Assembly: GCA_051546255.1 (NCBI GenBank)
Contig: CP128819.1
Coordinates: forward strand, 930,001 to 994,000
DNA length: 64,000 nucleotides
Origin: Meyerozyma guilliermondii
Lineage: Eukaryota
Reading direction: 5' to 3'
Of the stretch, positions 36,318 through 47,181 are shown piece by piece (the stretch's first letter is position 1; the number at the start of each line of letters is the position of its first letter). The position numbers were made by a program, and so were the translations under genes. Below the pieces are notes generated by a model. That model saw only the letters and a list, made by a program, of their open reading frames with translations. It was not told the origin of the DNA and did not search any database.

Positions 36318-38747
36318 CTAGTTCTTTCGTGGGTCTGCCATCCATGTAGTGAGCCATTGGAACATTTCGTGTACCTTGGCATTGACTTCAATCTTATCAT
36401 GATCGAGACGTATTCTTATATCTCCAAGTAGACCTCGAAGTGACGAAAGTGCACGATTTCCGTCATCCAGTTTCACTCCACAGTTGGGCTCATCCAGTTT
36501 GTCACAGTTCTTCTGTTTTTCCAGTTTGAGCCTTCTCACAAGATCCTTCTCTATGAATTGACACTGCTTGTACAAGTATGGACTGAGTACCACCTCGTCA
36601 ATTGGAAAGCTGTTGATGGTATCTATCATGCGAGAGTAATGGCCTTGTTTCAAATAGTTGCGTAACTGAAGATTGAGCAATACCATATGGGTGCGATCGT
36701 TCATTTCTGTGATTCTCATGGAGTTCAAGAGCTTATTGTTGGTACGATACAACGACTTGTTCAAAAGCATTCGTCCGAGCATGATGATATTATTGGAATT
36801 GAGTTCTTCGAATGGCTGTGCTTTCACGTAGCTTTCAAGCATAGACTTGTCTTTAGTCAATTGCAAATTAAGTATGGCGAGCTTGTCGTAGTCATGAACA
36901 GGGAACCTCATGGCTTTCAAGTATTGCAATATCTTGGCACGATTTTGTGGATTCAGTCTTCTGAACGTCGTTTCAATCACTTTGTAGTCGGGCTTCACTC
37001 CTTTACGCATAACATCTCGGAAACCACGACCAATTCTGAAATCAACCTGAATCGCAGCACTTTGGCGCTTTCCATGGACGGTAGGCTTCCACTCAATACG
37101 TTTCCAGTTTGAAGATTCATATTTGCGACTATCAAAGCTTGGCGGTTCCAAGCAGTATGGGGTGAGCTGAGAGTCCAAGCGTTTTACTTGAAGTGCTTTC
37201 AAAATGTGGCTCAACGACAAAGGTGAAAAATACCCACTCAGACGTACAAATTGCTGAAATTGCTCGGCGAATTCTTGCGCATGGTAAGGATAAGTCTTGA
37301 CGAACGAGGCAAACAAGTCCTTCAAATAGGTGGCATCGAAGCTGGCATCGGACTTTTGAAGGTAATCCAACAATGGTAGAAATTGGTCATGACGCACAAA
37401 GTATTTGCTAATAACCTTATGGATGGCGTCATCGTGTAGAAAATCTTTTTGCAATTTGGAAATGAAGCTTTGTACCATAGCCAAGTTTGAAAATTTCGAG
37501 AAAAATAACACCATCAGGTGAAAAAAGTACTTTACTTCTGCTGGATCGCCAGACTCTTTTGCACATTGAAGGATACTCTCCGCCGTTGCAAGGTCTTGGT
37601 TTGTGATGGTTTTTTTGAAATGGGTGGGCTCTCTCATGATAATGGAGGATTGTAGGTCCGCGAGGCGAACATGCATGTTGTTTTCGAGGCCACATTTGAA
37701 AATGACATTTCTCAAAGATACAATTTCTTCTTCGTCGCCATACTTGGCGTATTCATGAATCAAGATTGCCATAGTCTTTGGGGTGGGAATTCCACACAGA
37801 GATCTTAACCATGACTGAAAAACGTGAACAACGTTTTCAAAAAGCGCCAGCACAGATACAAGTTGGGAAACCACCACTTCCAACACTATGGGATCCACTT
37901 GTCTGCCAAGCGTCAACAAGTTAGAAAACAAGCCCTTGGTGAACTCAACCTCGTAGTTTTGGATCAACGAAGTGAAAACGTAGCTCAATGTGGTGGCATC
38001 GTAGGTCTCATGGTTCAAGTAGGTGAATAGCAACTGTTGAAGTTTATCCATGTCATTTTGATGGTAGCATATTTGCACGTAAATTTCTTGGAAATCCTTA
38101 TTTCCAAACAGTTTGGGCTCGTAGAGTTGGCAGATCTCGTACAAAATCGGTATTCGTGTTCTGAGCTTCACATAGTAAGGAGTGAAAAAATTGAGATGGG
38201 GGTCTTTCTCACTTAATGACGGTTCAGGATACTTTTCCAAAGTGAGTTTATGGTCCTCCGGTTTCAAGCACCCTTTTATAATGGCCACTAGCAGCTCGGT
38301 GTCTATGTATTGGTCGCGGTCAGCATGCAGTTTAAAGTTAGATGCAATTTCTTGTAGGTTGTTCGTTTCAACGAGTTTGAATAATTTTGACTTGAATGCA
38401 GATTCTGAAAATGATTTGTGTTTTGCCAGGACATCTTCCCAGCTCTCCTGGTGGTCCACAGGATTTCTAAATGCCATAGAAGAGGCAGGAAGTGCTACCC
38501 ATTTTTGGGTTGATTGGTTCTGTTCATATTGACGATCCAGAGTCTCAGTTAGCTGAGTTATGATCTTTGCGGGAATTTCCTTGGATGCATTTTTGAACCA
38601 TTGGGAATACGACGCTTCCAAAAGCTGTGAATTGGTACAGAAAGGGTGATTTGATGACTGGAAAGTGGGTCGAAGGTTGACGGCTCTGTAGTTCTTAATA
38701 TTGAATTTTAGATTCCGAAGCGTGTTAGATAGCGGGAACCGTCGCAT
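36318..38747 (-). CDS. Mitochondrial PPR-like protein, probable Pet111 (COX2 translational activator)
   Basis: Arg-rich presequence; PPR-like units (IPTPKTMAILIHEYAKYGD, MRKGVKPDYKVIETTF); about 800 aa like Pet111; one gene from COX7. Confidence 0.6.
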   Translation of the reverse strand: MRRFPLSNTLRNLKFNIKNYRAVNLRPTFQSSNHPFCTNSQLLEASYSQWFKNASKEIPAKIITQLTETLDRQYEQNQSTQKWVALPASSMAFRNPVDHQESWEDVLAKHKSFSESAFKSKLFKLVETNNLQEIASNFKLHADRDQYIDTELLVAIIKGCLKPEDHKLTLEKYPEPSLSEKDPHLNFFTPYYVKLRTRIPILYEICQLYEPKLFGNKDFQEIYVQICYHQNDMDKLQQLLFTYLNHETYDATTLSYVFTSLIQNYEVEFTKGLFSNLLTLGRQVDPIVLEVVVSQLVSVLALFENVVHVFQSWLRSLCGIPTPKTMAILIHEYAKYGDEEEIVSLRNVIFKCGLENNMHVRLADLQSSIIMREPTHFKKTITNQDLATAESILQCAKESGDPAEVKYFFHLMVLFFSKFSNLAMVQSFISKLQKDFLHDDAIHKVISKYFVRHDQFLPLLDYLQKSDASFDATYLKDLFASFVKTYPYHAQEFAEQFQQFVRLSGYFSPLSLSHILKALQVKRLDSQLTPYCLEPPSFDSRKYESSNWKRIEWKPTVHGKRQSAAIQVDFRIGRGFRDVMRKGVKPDYKVIETTFRRLNPQNRAKILQYLKAMRFPVHDYDKLAILNLQLTKDKSMLESYVKAQPFEELNSNNIIMLGRMLLNKSLYRTNNKLLNSMRITEMNDRTHMVLLNLQLRNYLKQGHYSRMIDTINSFPIDEVVLSPYLYKQCQFIEKDLVRRLKLEKQKNCDKLDEPNCGVKLDDGNRALSSLRGLLGDIRIRLDHDKIEVNAKVHEMFQWLTTWMADPRKN

Positions 38748-39269
38748 TTTGTAACGACGTTCTATGTGTGTATAACAAGCGAGCCAACCGGTTAGCGGGA
38801 CAACATGTGACGAAAAACGATGATATTGCTTCGGAGCTTCTATGAGTGGCTGTTTCTGGCGATTAAAATTTGTCGCGATATACAGGATGGTGCGATTCTG
38901 GGCAATGAAGACGAGAGAGAATGGTCAAGTCGTTACTTCAAAAGGGCTTACAGAGCTCTTGATGTTGTAGTGGGTGAAGAAAGCAGAGGAAGAGAAGCAG
39001 TTTATTCGGTTATCGTTGAAAATTGTGGAAATACATTTTCTTGAAAATTGCATAAACCTCAAAATTTTTATTCATCAGTATAGCTAGCCATTCTTAGTCA
39101 CTCTCGACTTGACCAGACTTGACCAGATTCACCCAAGAATCAACCCTCTTAACTATCACTCTTCTTGCTACTCTTTTCCTCTTCTACTAGTAGTTCAGTG
39201 CTCGTTTACCTGCAGGAAGACCGCGGCTTACCCCAGAACCCCACTCACACAGCTAACACTCTTACTATC

Positions 39270-41561
39270 ATGAGTGGATGGCAAAATCGGCTTGGTCCTC
39301 AAGGAAGGGCACTTCTCAACGGTAGAAGAATAGCTGCTACACATTCTGGACCCTCGTTTGAGCCTTCTTATTCCTCGGTTCATCCGCAAGATTTGGACTT
39401 TTTGGTCAACGATTTGAGAAACCCTCCAAAAGATATCACTGTTCGCCATATTTTGAGCTACTTGTACCAGTATGTTCCGTATGTGAAGAAACAGCACAAT
39501 CTCCGAGTAATAATCTCTAGCTTTCTCAACAATCCCTTGTGTTTTGGTCCACTGGCAGACTTTGAAAATAACTACTTGATTATCGAGGTGTTCAAGTTGA
39601 TCACCGATACTAAATTAAAAGTTTCACGACCCACGTTGAGTGTTAAGGACTGGTATATCATTGTGGCACGAGAACTTACCAACTTTGTCTCATATTCACC
39701 TCAAGAAAATGGATGGAAAGTGCTTCCTATCATTGCTGGTATCTGCCTCTCCAACAAATTGAGAGACGAATTGTATACCCATGCTAACGTTTTGCAGTAC
39801 AAATGGTTCTTCAAGGAGTGGGATGACCGTATGCATACTCTTTTCAGGAAATCTTTGGATTATTCCCTTTCTTCGTCGCTTCCTGCGACGATCACCAATT
39901 TGAGTCTAATTTGTCTTGCAGTAAAGTACAACAAAGACGAGAATGTGAAACGATACATCCACAAGGAGCGAATTCCATACATTGTAGCGGGGTTGTCTGA
40001 GCTCATCTTGACGAATACGAGCGTATATCAGAGGTTTTTTGAGGTTGACCCATCGCTGGATTGCGAGCAATTCATCCAAGCAGAAATCTTGCAGAAGCCC
40101 GTTCCAAAAAATCTCAACCGCCTTTCGTTCCTTTTAGAAAACTGCCTCAGCGAACTTTCGATCAACGACGGCTGTAATGACTTGATAATTCAGGTTCTAG
40201 ACAACATAATCTCCTTCAACAGGACCCTCAATCATTTGACCCGAAACTCTCAGTTCAATCAACCTCCACCTCCTAGTTCTGGAGAGTCTGGTCCACACGA
40301 GCAATTTTGGTTCCACATGAAGACAATTCTTTTTGGCCAGATCCTAATCTTTCAAGGTATTTTGAACAGATTCTTAAAGTCTAGCACTGATAGTGGTCTC
40401 ACCTTCTTTGCTAACCCATTTAAAAGACATGTGCCATACTTAGTGGAAAGAGAATATCGTGAGATCTCCTTAAAGATATTGCAAAACCTATACTACATAA
40501 ACCACATTCTAGTTTCCATTGGTCAGGGTGGCTTTGATAGTTACAATTTCGTATATTACTTGTCTCTTGAGTTGGCACTCAGCGAGGACCTGTCAACAAG
40601 AAGATTTGAACACATGACTCGGACTATGATAAGTCATTATGAAGAGATCAACTCCAATCCCCACGTTCTCAATCGAGACTATGTTGCAAGAGCAAAAGTT
40701 CTTTTTGTGTTCGGATTATGGGAGAACTATTTGCAACAGAACAAGAAAAACGATGGATACATCCATGAGGTGATTTACGACACAACGTTTCATCTCGTGC
40801 GAGCAGACTTGTATAATGACCACGCAATGATCGAAGCTGGACACTCGGTGCTATTGAATTATTTCTCCTACAAGAGGGAAGTGGTAGACATCAACGAATC
40901 GCTCAAATATGTGAAGTTACTTTTTCTGCAATTTCCTTCGATTCTTTCTTCGAACCAATTGAGCATTGCTATCGAGACTCTAGGGAAGAAGGTTCTTTCT
41001 CGTCCGGTGGTATATAAAGACGGCCCGTTCAGAAATTCGGTGGAAGAGTTTCTTTGGTTTTTGTTAGATGAATGCAGTGCAACACCGTCTGGTATGCCGG
41101 TAATCTCTAAAGACAATGCCTTTTCATCGGCTCAGCCTGTATCCGAGATAGACGCAGCATCTACCATGAGCCATATCGACGAGAAATCAAGCCCATCGAC
41201 TGACATAATTGACCAGAATAAGAAGAAGAAACCGAAAGATAGAGTCAAGTATGCATTTCTTCCTCCAAAGACAAAGCACCGACCCACACACCGCACAGTT
41301 TCCGAAACCTCTCGCGAGGCTCTTATATCGTCATTCATCAACTTGGTTCCCTACTTTCCACTCTCTAGTTTCACATTTTGGTTAGACGAAATCAAGAAGC
41401 AAATCGACGTGAGTAATGGACCAGAAAAAGAGTACCTCACAGGTGTTTTATGGAAAGTTTTGAGCGAAAATTTGGACTTGAATCGGTGTGCGATCGCATT
41501 CGAGTGGTGGTATGAAGGTGTTAGAGCCGTGGAAAGGCCCGAGATGGAAGTAAAGTTGTAG
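39270..41561 (+). CDS. PEX8: Peroxin Pex8
   Basis: RLGPQGR, PQDLDFL, ENNYLIIEVF..ITDTKLKVSRPT, WKVLPIIAG and terminal WWY...KL resemble yeast Pex8 proteins; first ATG at 39270. Confidence 0.85.
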   Translation: MSGWQNRLGPQGRALLNGRRIAATHSGPSFEPSYSSVHPQDLDFLVNDLRNPPKDITVRHILSYLYQYVPYVKKQHNLRVIISSFLNNPLCFGPLADFENNYLIIEVFKLITDTKLKVSRPTLSVKDWYIIVARELTNFVSYSPQENGWKVLPIIAGICLSNKLRDELYTHANVLQYKWFFKEWDDRMHTLFRKSLDYSLSSSLPATITNLSLICLAVKYNKDENVKRYIHKERIPYIVAGLSELILTNTSVYQRFFEVDPSLDCEQFIQAEILQKPVPKNLNRLSFLLENCLSELSINDGCNDLIIQVLDNIISFNRTLNHLTRNSQFNQPPPPSSGESGPHEQFWFHMKTILFGQILIFQGILNRFLKSSTDSGLTFFANPFKRHVPYLVEREYREISLKILQNLYYINHILVSIGQGGFDSYNFVYYLSLELALSEDLSTRRFEHMTRTMISHYEEINSNPHVLNRDYVARAKVLFVFGLWENYLQQNKKNDGYIHEVIYDTTFHLVRADLYNDHAMIEAGHSVLLNYFSYKREVVDINESLKYVKLLFLQFPSILSSNQLSIAIETLGKKVLSRPVVYKDGPFRNSVEEFLWFLLDECSATPSGMPVISKDNAFSSAQPVSEIDAASTMSHIDEKSSPSTDIIDQNKKKKPKDRVKYAFLPPKTKHRPTHRTVSETSREALISSFINLVPYFPLSSFTFWLDEIKKQIDVSNGPEKEYLTGVLWKVLSENLDLNRCAIAFEWWYEGVRAVERPEMEVKL

Positions 41562-41607
41562 GATATGGGTATAGGAAATCGTTAGTATGCAGTACAAATA
41601 TATTCAA

Positions 41608-41624
41608 GCGATGAGCGCGATGAG
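41608..41624 (+). promoter_or_regulatory. Tandem PAC elements upstream of KRI1
   Basis: GCGATGAG at 41608-41615 and 41617-41624, about 20 bp before the KRI1 ATG. Confidence 0.8.
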
Positions 41625-41644
41625 GTCGAAGGAAGCGACATAAA

Positions 41645-43309
41645 ATGGCTAGGAAAAAGTCTGCGGCAAAAAGAGCCAAGGAAGAGGCTGAAAAGAAGAC
41701 TTTGGAGTCCAACGAGAACAAGGAGGTGCAATCAAGTAGCAAGGATGAAAATCGGGTTCAAATCGTAGACAATCTGGAATCAGAGGACGAGAGCTCATCA
41801 GAGGAGGAAGATGAATACGGAGAATTGATAACTGAGGATGTGGAGCAAGGCATCAATAAGGTTCTCGAGGCTATTAGAAGCGACCCCAAGCGTTTGCTTG
41901 ATGAAAAAGTCAAGTTTTTTGACGAAAATATTGAACAAAATGGCACCACTGAGAAGAAAGAGAAGCCCATGTATTTGAAAGATTATCATAGAATGAACTT
42001 GCTCAGCGGAGGATATAAGGGCGCTGATGAAGACGAAAATGAATATGGCACCGTCGATGGAGAGAAGCCATTCGTGGTTGCGGAAAGAGAGGAAAGAAAC
42101 CAACTTTTGTCTGATATAAAAAATGCTGTTGAGGATGGAAGTGATGATGATGACGACGATTTCTTGGTCAAGAAGGGAAATAAGGAAGACGATGAAGAAG
42201 ATATACATGTTACCAAGTTGCCAGATGCATCCAACCAAGAAGAATTTCTCAAATCGTTTTTTGATCAGCAAGCGTGGATTCCTAGAAAGAAAGACAAGGT
42301 TATAAATTTGGACAAAATTGACCAGCAAGATGAAGAAGAATTTGACGAAGCGGTTGAGAAAGTGGAGCACGCATACAATTTCCGTTATGAGGAAGAAAAC
42401 TCGGCTGAAATTCTTTCGTATGCTCGTAGTCAAGCAACATTACGGAGATCAAAAACCAACTCAAGAAAAAGACAGCGAGAAAAGAGGCAAGAAGAAAGGG
42501 CCCAAGAAGAGGCAGAGAAGCAGGAAGAGCTCAAGAAGCGGAAAATCGCCAAGGCCAATAAGGTGATGGACAGGTTGGCTCAGATCAAAGAAGCGGTTGG
42601 AGAAGAGGTTTCAGACGAGGTAATTGAGAAGGTGTTTGGTGACTCGTTGCTCAAGGATGATTTTGACGATGCTGAATGGGACAACAAGATGGCAGAGATT
42701 TTTAATGAACAGTATTATGGGTCTGAATTGAAAAAGCCCGAATGGGACGAAGACGACGAAATAATGGCTGAGTATCATGAAAACGAAGAGGAGAAAGAAG
42801 AGGAAGAGGAAGAGGAAGAGGAAGATGAAAGTCCCGAATCCAAAGTTTCAGAAAAGGACGACGAGCCATCCAAAAAGCATAAAAAAGACAAAAAATCAGA
42901 CAAGAAAAAGGCAAAGCAAGAGAAGAAAACGTTGAAGGAAAAGGCATTGAGTATAGTAGAGTCGAATGCGACTCAGATTCTCGACGAGATAGAAGAGGAG
43001 AGAGGTCGCCTGAAAAATGATGAGGTCAAATTCAAGTATCGTGAGGTTTCACCAGAAACCTTTGGACTTACCACGAGGGACATTCTTGTTGCTGATGATA
43101 GTCAATTGAACAATTACATTGGTCTCAAGAAGTTTGCACCTTATAGACCCAAGGAATTGCGGATGAGAGACAAGAGAAAGTACACCAAGAAGAAACAACT
43201 TCAGCAGTGGAGAAAAGAGGTGCTTCGAGGAAAACATGATATCAAAGGAGACGAGAGTGAGATATGGATACCGAGGGAAGATAAGCCCAAAAGTAAAAAG
43301 AGGAAGTGA
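41645..43309 (+). CDS. KRI1: 40S biogenesis factor Kri1
   Basis: KPMYLKDYHR, EHAYNFRYEE, FKYREVSPETFGL..DIL.ADD..LN.YIGLKKFAPYRP; highly acidic/basic. Confidence 0.95.
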   Translation: MARKKSAAKRAKEEAEKKTLESNENKEVQSSSKDENRVQIVDNLESEDESSSEEEDEYGELITEDVEQGINKVLEAIRSDPKRLLDEKVKFFDENIEQNGTTEKKEKPMYLKDYHRMNLLSGGYKGADEDENEYGTVDGEKPFVVAEREERNQLLSDIKNAVEDGSDDDDDDFLVKKGNKEDDEEDIHVTKLPDASNQEEFLKSFFDQQAWIPRKKDKVINLDKIDQQDEEEFDEAVEKVEHAYNFRYEEENSAEILSYARSQATLRRSKTNSRKRQREKRQEERAQEEAEKQEELKKRKIAKANKVMDRLAQIKEAVGEEVSDEVIEKVFGDSLLKDDFDDAEWDNKMAEIFNEQYYGSELKKPEWDEDDEIMAEYHENEEEKEEEEEEEEEDESPESKVSEKDDEPSKKHKKDKKSDKKKAKQEKKTLKEKALSIVESNATQILDEIEEERGRLKNDEVKFKYREVSPETFGLTTRDILVADDSQLNNYIGLKKFAPYRPKELRMRDKRKYTKKKQLQQWRKEVLRGKHDIKGDESEIWIPREDKPKSKKRK

Positions 43310-43950
43310 TTCAGAAGCGGTGTTAGATAGGAGTTGTACCAGCGGTGTAAGATTAATGTATCTTACAAATCATCATTTGAGTCCTTTGCGAGATTGTGTT
43401 CGGACTGGTAAGTCTCAGTCGGAACGTTACTTCATGCGATTTATAATTGTATGAGATTATGCTTATGTCTGTCAATTTGACATATTAACTTCTTACCCAT
43501 TTTTTCCTTTTTACATCTTTACACGAAAACATTTTGATCGGTATTAAATTAAGCTCTTGAAGGTTAGTTAAATTTAATGTCATTCTTTGTTTAGCTTTAA
43601 ATCAAAATTCACTAAAGTAAGCTCTGTTTTAGTATTCTATCATAGATGTTCCACGAAAATCAAAGAAGTATCCAACCTTGTGCCTGGGTCTGCATTTGCA
43701 GAAAGCTGTAGTACGTGTGTCTACAATGAAACTACTTCGTTGGTATCTAAAGAGCAAATGTTACTTTCATATAGAAAAAGAAGCAATGCAGATTCAGGTC
43801 TTCAAACAGAATATTCATCAGAAGTATCATGGTTCGACACTACACGGCACCTCGAAACAACGAGACTTGATGAGAGCAAGCTCCATCTTGCAACAGATTT
43901 TGAAAGAGAAAACAATAGTATTTTAAGATATAGGATGACCCAAATGCTAC

Positions 43951-45345
43951 CTAAAGGAATAACATTTGATTGGCAGACTGAATCATTTCCTGTTCACCAG
44001 GAGTGTTCACTTTAACTTTCACCGGTGAAAGCCCAAACTCTTGCATGCCCTCGTCTCCGCCGGCCGCCAAAACGTCGTCGATATCTGCCCTCCCAATGTG
44101 AGTAGTCTCACCTGGTCCTTGCGGGAACCCTGGAAAATCCGGTGGAGTTGAACCTTTCAAAAAAGTCTCTCTCTGCTCGAAGACATAGTTGAGATTGATT
44201 TCACACAAGGGAGAAGAAGGAATGAACAATACTGAAGAGTCTTTCACTCCCTGGTGAATAGGATCCACCATGTGGATCAAGTCACAATGCCAGAAAACGG
44301 CATCGCCTGCTTCGACAGTAGGAGTTGGAATCATCAAATCACCGAGCGATAATTCAGGGTGCGTTTCATCATTGAACTCCTGACTCATTCCGGGAAAAGC
44401 ACCAGGGAAAGTTGGATCGAAATTGATGTTATCATCGGAATCGAAAAATGGCCTCAAGATCCAGTACGCCGTGATTTCCTTAACTAATGGAGCAAACAGA
44501 ATGGTACCATCTCCCGGTGCGATTTGTGATAACGCTAACCACCCTTGAAAAGATCTGAAAATATTGCAGGCGCCGGAAGAATCATAACGTTCCATATTCG
44601 TGTTAACTCTATGAGTCGCATCAAATGGATCAAAATCCTCCCACTTTCCTTCAAAGATTGACTTGTAACACTGACTATACTCCTCATCCTCCCATCTTTC
44701 TAAAGAACCTCCATCTGCGTGTGGTCCCAAATTGAAAGTTTCATCTTGAGGCTCTCTTATATGGACTCTGTCCGCATACGAAAGATTCCACTCAAAGGAA
44801 ATTCTTGTATCCGGCGAAGCATTCCACAAGCCGTTCAAGAACTTCATAGTCTTCAACATGTGTGAGTGTAATCTAGCCTTAATTTGAGGTTTCGGCCAAT
44901 ACAACTCATAAACAACTTTCCTTTCCAGAGGAAACCCTCTTGTTTGTGGGTTAGCCAGGATATAGTTGCGCAATTCTGCATCCCAAGAGTTTGCTTCTTG
45001 CTTAGGAACAACTCCCTTGATCACCACAACGCCTCGTTTATGAATTTCGGCCCTTTTTTCGTCACTCAACTGGTCCAATTCTTCAAAATTCAATTGAGGA
45101 ATCGCACCTTCACCTAGTTCTTTAATCTCTTGGATCCCATCCTTTAATGCTTTCTTTACTCTGATCCAACTTTCCTTGAGAGAATCCGGATCTCTCACAA
45201 TAGCTTTTTTGATATCACTGAACCTGCCATCCAATGGTTTTGATGTTTGCGTAAATGAATCAAAAACTGAAGAAATGTCTCCGTCAGGTCTTACCCTCGC
45301 TTGGGAGAGGTCACAAATTCGGTATTTAGAGTCACAGTTGGCCAT
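43951..45345 (-). CDS. DUF1479 (YbiU/Gig2-like) putative Fe(II)-dependent oxygenase
   Basis: VYELYW..PQ..AR, YADR, GPHADGGSLERWED, FRSFQGWLALS, GDAVFWHCDLIH; HxD...H metal triad. Confidence 0.85.
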   Translation of the reverse strand: MANCDSKYRICDLSQARVRPDGDISSVFDSFTQTSKPLDGRFSDIKKAIVRDPDSLKESWIRVKKALKDGIQEIKELGEGAIPQLNFEELDQLSDEKRAEIHKRGVVVIKGVVPKQEANSWDAELRNYILANPQTRGFPLERKVVYELYWPKPQIKARLHSHMLKTMKFLNGLWNASPDTRISFEWNLSYADRVHIREPQDETFNLGPHADGGSLERWEDEEYSQCYKSIFEGKWEDFDPFDATHRVNTNMERYDSSGACNIFRSFQGWLALSQIAPGDGTILFAPLVKEITAYWILRPFFDSDDNINFDPTFPGAFPGMSQEFNDETHPELSLGDLMIPTPTVEAGDAVFWHCDLIHMVDPIHQGVKDSSVLFIPSSPLCEINLNYVFEQRETFLKGSTPPDFPGFPQGPGETTHIGRADIDDVLAAGGDEGMQEFGLSPVKVKVNTPGEQEMIQSANQMLFL

Positions 45346-46630
45346 ATCAGAATAGAGTATAACACGAGTGGAGGCATCTCATTCCACAGTCGCTTTTATA
45401 GCATGGTTCTAGTAGAAACTGTGTACCAACACCTTGTTCTCCAATTCTGTCAAGCTGGTAACCCGCCCATTTATCGGACGGATTACCACTTGCGGTACCT
45501 TCCCCTCCAACAATTGAACTAGTCTTTAGTGCTACCGCACACTATTCACGGTAGGTATACTGTTTCAGGCTCGGTAGCACTTTTCTGTCGGGGTAATGCA
45601 TCGTATTCTTCGCCGTAATGTGATCTACACCAGACTCCTCTGTGAGGGGAAAAGCGTAACTCATTTTGGAAATCCGCCCGTCAAGTGAATGTTGGAAATT
45701 TTATGGGGGTATATGTGTATAATTATCCTCTAATTGGCGGGACAATTACTTGACCACTTATGATTAGCTCCAATAATATCAAAAAACCAAGATTCATTTT
45801 GGGTTACTTGGCCGTTTCATATGTCTTGCCATTTATCATATCTTACAGGAAATCTGCAATACCAGGTGTGCCTACCTATAGGAAAAGGTAGTGAATACTA
45901 GGTCAAAACTCATCAGGCTTTCCCATATGTTGAATGACTGATGTACGTGACAAGGTATTATTGAGAATATCGAAAACGACGAGATCAACGCGGCTGCGAA
46001 ATTGGAACTTGCAATCAGTGCGATTTCACGAATTTCTGATTCTTGCAGAATTAACATGTTACAACTTTCAGCTAGTATATGCTTAGTGTCTCAAACTCAT
46101 TGCTTTGGTCAGTTGACTAGTATCTCGTTACTAGTACTATTAGAATAGAAAGTATCTGTAACTTCAACTAGTTTCTATTGTACTCCTAAAGTACAACAGC
46201 ATAATATTATTAGTGCATTGTTCGTTGTCCCAAATAGAGTTACTGTATTAAGCTCAATTCTTCCTTTAGACCGATTGACGCCACCAGCCTCGAAAGTTCC
46301 GAACACAATACAGCCAGTTTCGGAACATAAATATCATACGTTTCGGGTTTTAGTGGCATCCGAACCGATAGCGAAAGTCGCGGCGAACCGACGGAGATAA
46401 TGTGGAACTGTTGTGCTCGCTAAAACATACCGTCATGATTAGTAATTTCAACAACCACAGTTGGTTAGATCATATAGGGTTCCGGAGGTTACTTAGTATC
46501 CGAAGGGCAGCGCTTACGCTAACATAATTTGACGTGAGATCTCCGTAATCTCCGTGCGAGAAATGAAAAATGAAAAATGATAAGAAATGAGTAATGAAGA
46601 GCAATACATGCAAATTGTAATGGAAGTATT

Positions 46631-46658
46631 AACCGTGGTATGCAAACCGTGGTATGCA
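46631..46658. repeat. Perfect 14-bp tandem duplication (AACCGTGGTATGCA x2) in the CDR1 upstream region
   Basis: Read directly from the sequence. Confidence 0.95.
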
Positions 46659-47171
46659 AGGATCAAGTAGAAAGTATTCAGTATACTAAATCATATACTA
46701 ATCTACAAATTAATTGGCTTTGAGGCTTAGCCACTCGGGTTCGGAAGATCCAACGGCCCTGACGTCTTTTTATAATCTTCAGCCTCACACATTTTGCGCG
46801 GTATGCGCACCTTCCGAAGTTCCGTAAACACTTTGCACCCAAGGAGTTTGCGCGCGGACATACCACCTGCAGGACAGCGATGGTCTTGGCTTTGGCTAGC
46901 CCATAATAGGCACTAGGAATGGCCATTGCAGGAGTGGTGAAACACGTGGTGGATACTATGTGGACCATGTTGATGATCGTAGTCAAAGAAGAACCAAAAA
47001 ATTGGATTAGTTATCAGTCTTATGGTTCTCGTCTATGGGACCCCCACCAAATACGTCTCATCGAAAGAAGGCTTGACTGCGCCGCATTATTATGCATGTT
47101 GTGTACGCATCCGCACTAAACCTAAACAAATTGCTTTTACGGCATCCAGCCACCCGCACTTAACAAGCCAT

Positions 47172-47181
47172 CGGCTTTCGG
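47172..47181 (+). promoter_or_regulatory. CGG-N4-CGG (DRE-like, Tac1-type) element upstream of CDR1
   Basis: CGGCTTTCGG about 240 bp upstream of the ATG; spacing matches the Candida drug-responsive element core. Confidence 0.45.

Noticed and set aside
43310..44015. AT-rich spacer with two overlapping open frames (142 and 82 aa); considered as pseudogene, LTR or replication origin
   Set aside because: Non-ATG starts, no recognisable homology, no TG...CA termini or target-site duplication; origin activity cannot be judged from sequence alone.
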